Shown here: positions 58,325 to 64,000 of the stretch, one piece after another
Layout: every line of letters starts with the position of its first letter
Position numbering within the stretch: the first letter of the stretch is position 1
Notes under the pieces: generated by a model
The model's database searches: none
What the model was told of the DNA's origin: nothing
What the model saw: only the letters and a program-made list of their open reading frames with translations
Assembly: GCA_963705785.1 (NCBI GenBank)
Contig: CAVPKV010000041.1
Location: 53,612-117,611 of the forward strand
Source of the DNA: an uncultured Solirubrobacterales bacterium
GTDB taxonomy: Bacteria; Actinomycetota; Thermoleophilia; Solirubrobacterales; Solirubrobacteraceae
Length of the DNA stretch: 64,000 bases
Direction of reading: 5' to 3'
Program-made: the position numbers and the translations under genes

Positions 58325-58930
58325 ATGACTCAGGAGCCGCGAACTCTCTTTTTTCTTCCTGGGGCCGTGGGCGACGCCGAGTTCTGGCGGCCCGTCGCCA
58401 GTCGCCTCCCCAGTCATTGGCGAAAGACCCTGGTGAGCTGGCCCGGAGCTGGGCATCAGCCACACGATCCCAACGTTCACAGTTACGAGGATCTCATCGC
58501 GAGCATGAGCCGCCGTCTCGACCCCCAGAGTGATCTGGTTGCCCAATCGATGGGCGCAGTCATCGCGATCGGGATCGCTCTTCGCCACCCAGAGCGGGTC
58601 CGCCGGATGGTGCTGACCGCGACATCCGGCGGCATCAACGTCGCGGATCTGGGCGGGGCGGACTGGCGCAAGGAGTACGGCGCGGCATACCCAGACTCAG
58701 CATCCTGGATCAGGGACGGCGTCGACTACTCCGACGCCATTGCCACCATCACGGCACCGGCGCTCCTGGTGTGGGGCGACGCCGATCCGATCAGCCCGGT
58801 CGCCGTCGGGCGGCGTCTCGCTCAGCTGCTGCCCGACAGCGAGCTTCACCTCGTCCCCGGCGGCACCCACAGCGTGGCGCACGACCGGCCAGACGAGGTG
58901 GCTCGGCTCATCACAGCCCACCTCAGGTGA
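58325..58930 (+). CDS. Alpha/beta fold hydrolase
   Basis: FLPGA, AQSMG nucleophile, WGDADPISP, GGTH. Confidence 0.88.
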   Translation: MTQEPRTLFFLPGAVGDAEFWRPVASRLPSHWRKTLVSWPGAGHQPHDPNVHSYEDLIASMSRRLDPQSDLVAQSMGAVIAIGIALRHPERVRRMVLTATSGGINVADLGGADWRKEYGAAYPDSASWIRDGVDYSDAIATITAPALLVWGDADPISPVAVGRRLAQLLPDSELHLVPGGTHSVAHDRPDEVARLITAHLR

Positions 58931-58963
58931 CCGTTGTGGGCGAACCGTGACCCGGGGCTGGCG

Positions 58964-59695
58964 CTACGGTGCGACGCTCACGTCTTGGCGCCCCAGGGCG
59001 GCAAGTAGGTCGTCGCGGTGCTTATTGGTGGCGCCGTAGAGGGCGCGGTCGAAAAGCGATCCGTATCGCAGTATCACCGCGAAGAGCACATCGGCCCCGG
59101 TGATCGCTGGAGCGTTTCGTTCGGCGGCGAAGGACGCCGCATCGGAGGCGACCGCCGTGACTGATTCCGGATCAGGCTGGCGCGACGCCGATCCCATCGA
59201 CGGAGTCGAAAGCTGTCCGGAGACCATCCCGAGGTTGGCCAATGCGTCTCCCACAATCCCGTGTTCGCGCATGATCCGAAGCCAGCGCTCCGCTTCGTCG
59301 GCCCGTGAGGACGCAAAGGGCACCAGGGTCTCGGCGAGCGCCAGGAAGATCGCCGCGCTAGCGGTATTCGGAAGCTCGGGCGGTATCGGGGCTTGGCCGC
59401 TCGATGCGGTCAACGCGACGGGGCCAGCTGACGGCACGAGCGGTTGCGGGCAGATCCTCTCGCGAAGTGACCGCTCGACGGCGCCGAGATGGTTGGCGGC
59501 GTCCTGCAACTCCACCATGACACTCGGATCTCGCTGGGCGGGGCCGCCACGCATATGCTCATCCATGAGCTCGAAGGCTCCCTGGCGTAGCTCCGCGGCC
59601 TGCTCGTATTCGCGCTGTGCTTGCTCTGGGGTCATGTCGCTGCCTGGCCGTCTGGTCGATGTCTCAGGCGTCGGCTTTGGGCTCCCATCCGACAT
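58964..59695 (-). CDS. Hypothetical protein with a possible Clp-N-like C-terminal helical domain
   Basis: AASFAAERNAPAITGADVLFAVI resembles a Clp amino-terminal repeat; helical N-terminal part. Confidence 0.55.
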   Translation of the reverse strand: MSDGSPKPTPETSTRRPGSDMTPEQAQREYEQAAELRQGAFELMDEHMRGGPAQRDPSVMVELQDAANHLGAVERSLRERICPQPLVPSAGPVALTASSGQAPIPPELPNTASAAIFLALAETLVPFASSRADEAERWLRIMREHGIVGDALANLGMVSGQLSTPSMGSASRQPDPESVTAVASDAASFAAERNAPAITGADVLFAVILRYGSLFDRALYGATNKHRDDLLAALGRQDVSVAP

Positions 59696-59956
59696 CGGCC
59701 TCGGGCGGGCCGACCGTTAATCGCCACGGGCGATGGCTGGACGGTACGGCCGGAGCCGCTGTCGGTCGCGAAGCGCACGAGCTGCCAATCCACCCCGGTT
59801 CCCGGGTTCCATGGCGAATCGAGTCGCGCATGGCGTACCAATTCGCCATTAAACGGGCGGAGGGGCGATACCGGTCACACGATGCAACAATCACCGTATG
59901 CCCCGCCAGGGCGCCACGGGACTGATCGTCGCCGACCTCATGCTGGGTGCCGCCGG

Positions 59957-60556
59957 ATGATTCGCCTGTATCACGTGCCCGGCAGTCGCTCCACGCGTGT
60001 GCTGTGGATGCTCGAAGAGATCGGCGCGCCCTACGAGCTGACTGTCATGACGCGTGAGGACCGAAAGACCGCGGCACACATCAGCCGTCACCCGCTCGGC
60101 CGTGTCCCTGTGGTCGAGTTCGACGATGGACGCCGGCTGTTCGAGTCGGCGGCGATCTGCATTCAGCTCGCCGACCTGCATCCCGAGGCCGGCCTGATCC
60201 CGCCCGTCGGCTCGCCGGATCGTGGACTCGTTTACCAGTGGTGCTTTTTTGCGATGACCGAGCTCGAGCCAGCCGTATTTCAATGGATGCGCGCGAGGCG
60301 CGAGGACGCCGACCAGACCGAGCCGTCGGAGCGCTACCAGGCGGCCGCGGCTGTGCTTGACACGGCGCTCACCGATCGCGACTGGCTCCTTGGGACCTTC
60401 GGCGTCGCCGATGTGATCTGCGCAGGCGTCGCCGGCATCGCCCACCGGGCCGAACTCACCCAGGAGCCCGAACGCGTTCGCGCCTACGTTGATCGGGCGC
60501 GCTCCCGCCCCGCCAACCAGCGCGCCACGAGCCGGACCCAGCAAGCGGCGTCCTAG
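59957..60556 (+). CDS. Glutathione S-transferase family protein
   Basis: LYHVPGSRSTRVLWMLEE, HPLGRVP, LFESAAI, FGVADV. Confidence 0.92.
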   Translation: MIRLYHVPGSRSTRVLWMLEEIGAPYELTVMTREDRKTAAHISRHPLGRVPVVEFDDGRRLFESAAICIQLADLHPEAGLIPPVGSPDRGLVYQWCFFAMTELEPAVFQWMRARREDADQTEPSERYQAAAAVLDTALTDRDWLLGTFGVADVICAGVAGIAHRAELTQEPERVRAYVDRARSRPANQRATSRTQQAAS

Positions 60557-60686
60557 CGTCGTTGGATGCCGAGACCCGGTCGGCCCGGTTGCCTGCACCG
60601 TGTCGGAAGTGAGAGAATCCAGCGCCCGCCGGGACGGCGGGTTGGTCGTGGCAACGGCATCGACGTGACCGGAGGGTGAGCTTGTG

Positions 60687-61148
60687 ATGGGGAGTGTGTG
60701 GAGGCGACGGGCAGTCGCGGTCGTACTCGCTGGTGTGGGTTCCATGGGATTTGCGGCTATCGCGCTGGCGGCGCACCCAGTGGCTGGCGCGGTGTACACG
60801 GGGAATTCGGGCAAGTGCGCCGCTCAAATCAGGCAGCAGTGCGTGCTCCAGTTCCGAGTCAGCAGTGACGCCCGGACGCTGCGGTATGTCAAGAAGAGCA
60901 AGGCGGTTTCGCTCTGGGAGTGTCGTGCCGGCGGGGGAGAGGCGATCTTCGGGTCGGGCAAGTACGACTACAGAATCCCGACCGCGCAAATCCAATCGAA
61001 CGGCACGTTCTCCGGCACAAGCGGTGCAGGGGCTCGCAAGCTTCTGATCACGGGGAGCTTCACCGGTTCCGGCAATACGGCGGCACTGAAGTTCGTCCTG
61101 CCAAATCAGCACTGCCACACACCCCAGCTCAAGATCGCCAAGCAGTGA
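60687..61148 (+). CDS. Secreted hypothetical beta-rich protein
   Basis: Signal peptide ending ALA-A; four Cys; GGAGGG upstream. Confidence 0.7.
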   Translation: MGSVWRRRAVAVVLAGVGSMGFAAIALAAHPVAGAVYTGNSGKCAAQIRQQCVLQFRVSSDARTLRYVKKSKAVSLWECRAGGGEAIFGSGKYDYRIPTAQIQSNGTFSGTSGAGARKLLITGSFTGSGNTAALKFVLPNQHCHTPQLKIAKQ

Positions 61149-61171
61149 CGCGCGAGCGTCGCTGTGTGCGA

Positions 61172-61690
61172 TCAGTCGATCGCGAGCTGCTCGTCGCCCA
61201 CCGCTAGTACGTCGCCCGCCCTGAGCTGACAGCGTCCTACGCGGACGCCGTTGACGAGCGTGCCGTTGGTTGAATCGAGGTCTTGAAGGATCCACCTCCC
61301 GTCGCGGAAGCGCAGCCGGGCGTGGCGGCGCGAGACGCACAGGTCTGAGAGGACCACATCGCAGCCTTCGTCGCGCCCGATCAGCAGCTCATCCTCGGCG
61401 CCGCTCCAATCGAGCACGAGCAACGTGGGCATGGCGGTCACCGCGGGATCAGAGGGCCGGGTGAGGCGGCCTCTCACTCGCCCGATCGCGGCGGCCAGAT
61501 CCGCGAGCGGCCGCCTCCGCGTGCTGCGAAAGCTGAGATCCCCCACGAGCGGGATTGGATCGACGAGGCGACCACGAAGAAGCTGATCGACTCGATGCAG
61601 GAACGTCTCGTCGCTCAGCAACCCGTCCGCGTACGCCGCGTTCAACGTGCATGCGATCCGCCTTCTGGACGCGCCGGCAACGAGCACCAA
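61172..61690 (-). CDS. DUF1707-like N-terminal domain + FHA domain protein
   Basis: LNAAYADGLLSDETFLHRV; IGR, VSRRHA, DLDSTNGTLVNG. Confidence 0.85.
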   Translation of the reverse strand: MVLVAGASRRRIACTLNAAYADGLLSDETFLHRVDQLLRGRLVDPIPLVGDLSFRSTRRRPLADLAAAIGRVRGRLTRPSDPAVTAMPTLLVLDWSGAEDELLIGRDEGCDVVLSDLCVSRRHARLRFRDGRWILQDLDSTNGTLVNGVRVGRCQLRAGDVLAVGDEQLAID

Positions 61691-61796
61691 CGTAGTGTCC
61701 CGCGCCGGGCCGAGGCTGTCCAGCTACCGCGACGAAAGAAACATCGGTCGGTTGAAGCGATGTGATGCTGGGCGCCCGCGAGCGTAGTCTCTGGTG

Positions 61797-62941
61797 ATGG
61801 TGCGGTGGGCGATGCTTGGAACGGCGGCGGTGGTCCTCACCGTCGGGGCAGTTGCTGGCGGCGCGAGTCGATCGCGCGCCTCCCTCGGTTCCAGCACGTT
61901 GCCTCGGGTGGTCGGTTCTGGCCGGCTGCCGGCGCCGCGGGATGGCTCGTTCCTGTCGTGTGGCCGGCGTGCGGCTGCTCAAGGAAGCTCGTGCTCGAGC
62001 AGTTTTCCCTCGCCAATGGGCGGCGCCTCGGTGTCGTCGCGCGCGTCTCGCGCTCGCCGGTGACTGTTTCGGATCCGCATGTCGGTCCCGATGGAGAGGT
62101 GTGGCTCACGTTCAGCTCCGGCCCTAGGTACCGCAGCGACGTTGCTGGCGGTGATCCCGCCCCCGATTCCTGCTCTGGCAGGGCTGTGCGGTTCGACCCG
62201 TTCACCCAGCGCACGACGACCGCGCTGACGTTCCCCAGTTCCCAGCTGATCGCGGACGTCATCCCGAGCCCCGTCCGAGGGCGCGCGGTCACGGTGGGCG
62301 GCGGATGTGCGACGTCGTTCTTCAATGAGCACCTCGTCGTTCGCGATCTGCACACCGGCAAGCATTGGAGCATCGGTGCCGACGCCGCCCCCTGCCACGC
62401 CCTGAGCACGCCGTCCTGGAGCCGGAACGGCTCCCAGCTCGTCTTTGCCTACGGGCCCTCAACCCTCTCAGCGCAGGCGCGGTTCAATCCGTCGGGCTGC
62501 CCGGCCCCACGTGCCAGCCGCCTCGCGGTGGTGCCGGCGGGGCACACGACCCCGATTAGCTCGTGGACGCTGACCCCACCCGACCGGGGCTGCAGCTACG
62601 TGGCGGCTGCCTTCGATCGCCCCGGAGTCGCGGCGATCGAGACCTGCACCCGAGGACAATTGGCTGGGGATCCGACCTTCCCGACCCTCGGCAATACCTA
62701 CCTCGTGCAGCTCAACCGTCAGTGGCGAATCGACCGGCGCTGGAAGCTCGCGCGCGGCTACGACGGCGGTGGCATCGCCTCAGATCAACGGACCGGCACC
62801 GTGCTCGTCAGCGAGTACCAAGCCGCCAATCAGGGGATCCCAGTCTTCAACTCGATCTGGGCGTTCCATGGGCACACACTCCGTACGATCAAGCGCTTTC
62901 CCAACAGGGACGCCGCCACGGTAATCGCCGAACCATGGTGA
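61797..62941 (+). CDS. Secreted beta-propeller-like hypothetical protein; frameshift near 61870-61950
   Basis: TAGTCT-N6-ATG and signal peptide in one frame; body (PSWSRNGSQLVFAYG, PD40-like) in ORF 61805-62941. Confidence 0.6.
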
Positions 62942-63014
62942 CCCGGCTGCGAGTTGATCGGTACCCGGGAGACGCTCGCCGGGGGTTTGGGGGTTGGAGC
63001 GTACGCTTGGGGAT

Positions 63015-64000
63015 GTGAGTGGCGCGTCGGATTCTGAGGCTCGAGAGTTCGCGGCTGCGTTCTTGTCGTTCTTGAACTGGGTTCATTCCGAAGGAGCTCA
63101 GAGGGAGCGGAACGAGGTCGCTGCACTGGTCGCAGATTTTCTGGGCGAGGCAGCGGTCCAGCAGTCAGTGGTGACACGGTCGCTCCCTCTTTTTGAGCAT
63201 GTAAACCTCCAAACAGCGTTGAACGCGTGGTCCGCTGAGGCCGGCCGAACGGTGGAGATCCAGGGAATCTCGATCCCGCCGCACCACCCTCCAATTTCCT
63301 TGCAGCAGCTGGTCACCGGAGATGGAACACACGGGCTCCGGCTGTCCGCGCCAGCGTTGGTCGACCTTCCGAACGGTCCGTCCTCGACGCTGGCTTGCCT
63401 GCAGCTGGCGGTGCTGCTGGTGAACGATGCGACCGGTCGCTACGCGGTGCTGGTGAGTGGACCGGGCGAGCACGACCGATCCCTCGAGATCGAGATCGTT
63501 GGGCTCTCCGTCGAGGAGGCTCAGGCGGTTCATGCTCGGCTGGCGGAACTGCGCAGCCGGTTGAACGTCTACCGCGGGCATGTGCTCGACGTCGGCCTGT
63601 CCCCTGGGGGTGGCGTCGCGCTCGAGTTCGCAGAGATCTCTTCGACCGCCCGGGAGGATGTCGTGTTGCCTGAGGTGGTGCTGGCCCGGGTCGAGCGCCA
63701 CGCGCTCGGGGTGGCGGAGCATCGCGAAGCGCTACTCGCCGCCGGCCAGCACCTCAAGCGGGACTCCTGCTCTACGGACCCCCGGCACCGGGAAAACCCA
63801 TACCACCCGTTACCTGATTGGGCAGCTGTCCGGGTACACCCGGCTCGTCCTGACGGGCCGCGGGTTGCACGCGATCGGTTCGGCCAGCGCGCTCGCCCGC
63901 GACCTACAGCCAGCGGTCCTGGTCCTTGAGGACGTGGACCTCGTCGCCGAAGACCGGAGCTTCGGTCCCGGATCGACTCCGGTGCTGTTCGAGCTACTTG
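63015..64000 (+). CDS. AAA+ ATPase, partial (runs off the window; frameshifts at ~63760-63785)
   Basis: QHLKRGLLLYGPPGTGKTHT can be rebuilt by restoring two homopolymer bases; Walker B LVLEDVDLV near 63920. Confidence 0.85.

Noticed and set aside
61749-61766. GGTTGA-N5-TGTGAT as another site of the CutR-like regulator
   Set aside because: The first half-site is poor and the spacing to the -10 box differs from the 11 nt seen at the three module promoters
8998-64000. Programmed frameshifting or mass pseudogenisation as the explanation for about 13 split genes
   Set aside because: Indels are scattered over unrelated genes, several lie in G/C runs, there is no shared slippery motif and the proteins are otherwise intact; long-read error is more parsimonious

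Overview
GC-rich actinobacterial DNA. The secreted-protein repertoire and frequent leaderless TANNNT-N6-start promoters suggest Thermoleophilia/Solirubrobacterales (inference). The window is a gene-dense accessory region with about 60 CDS: many secreted beta-propeller, beta-helix and Ig-like proteins, oxidoreductases, a codA/NCS1 nucleobase salvage pair, a xylose-type sugar ABC operon, pdxH, two STAND-type signalling proteins, an OmpR-family two-component system and several one-component regulators. I found no rRNA, tRNA, CRISPR array or intact mobile element. About 13 genes carry frameshifts, most likely long-read indel errors. Best leads: (1) a CutRS-like two-component system whose kinase has an extracytoplasmic C-x12-C pair, flanked by two paralogous Cys-rich 'CMRSxGVP' lipoproteins, with the same 11-bp-periodic direct repeat at the same distance from a -10-like box at all three promoters; (2) a MalT-type STAND-TPR-wHTH-BTAD activator followed by 11-bp-periodic repeats, a 62-aa small protein and two large secreted proteins; (3) a GH5-fold protein that has lost its nucleophile and most invariant residues, coupled to a collagen-like secreted protein; (4) a divergent cluster of a micro-ORF, two S51 peptidases, a C26 gamma-glutamyl hydrolase and a YbdK ligase. 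Gene relics (MOSC, QsdR-type TetR, EAL) mark past rearrangements. All family assignments come from recalled motifs, not database searches.
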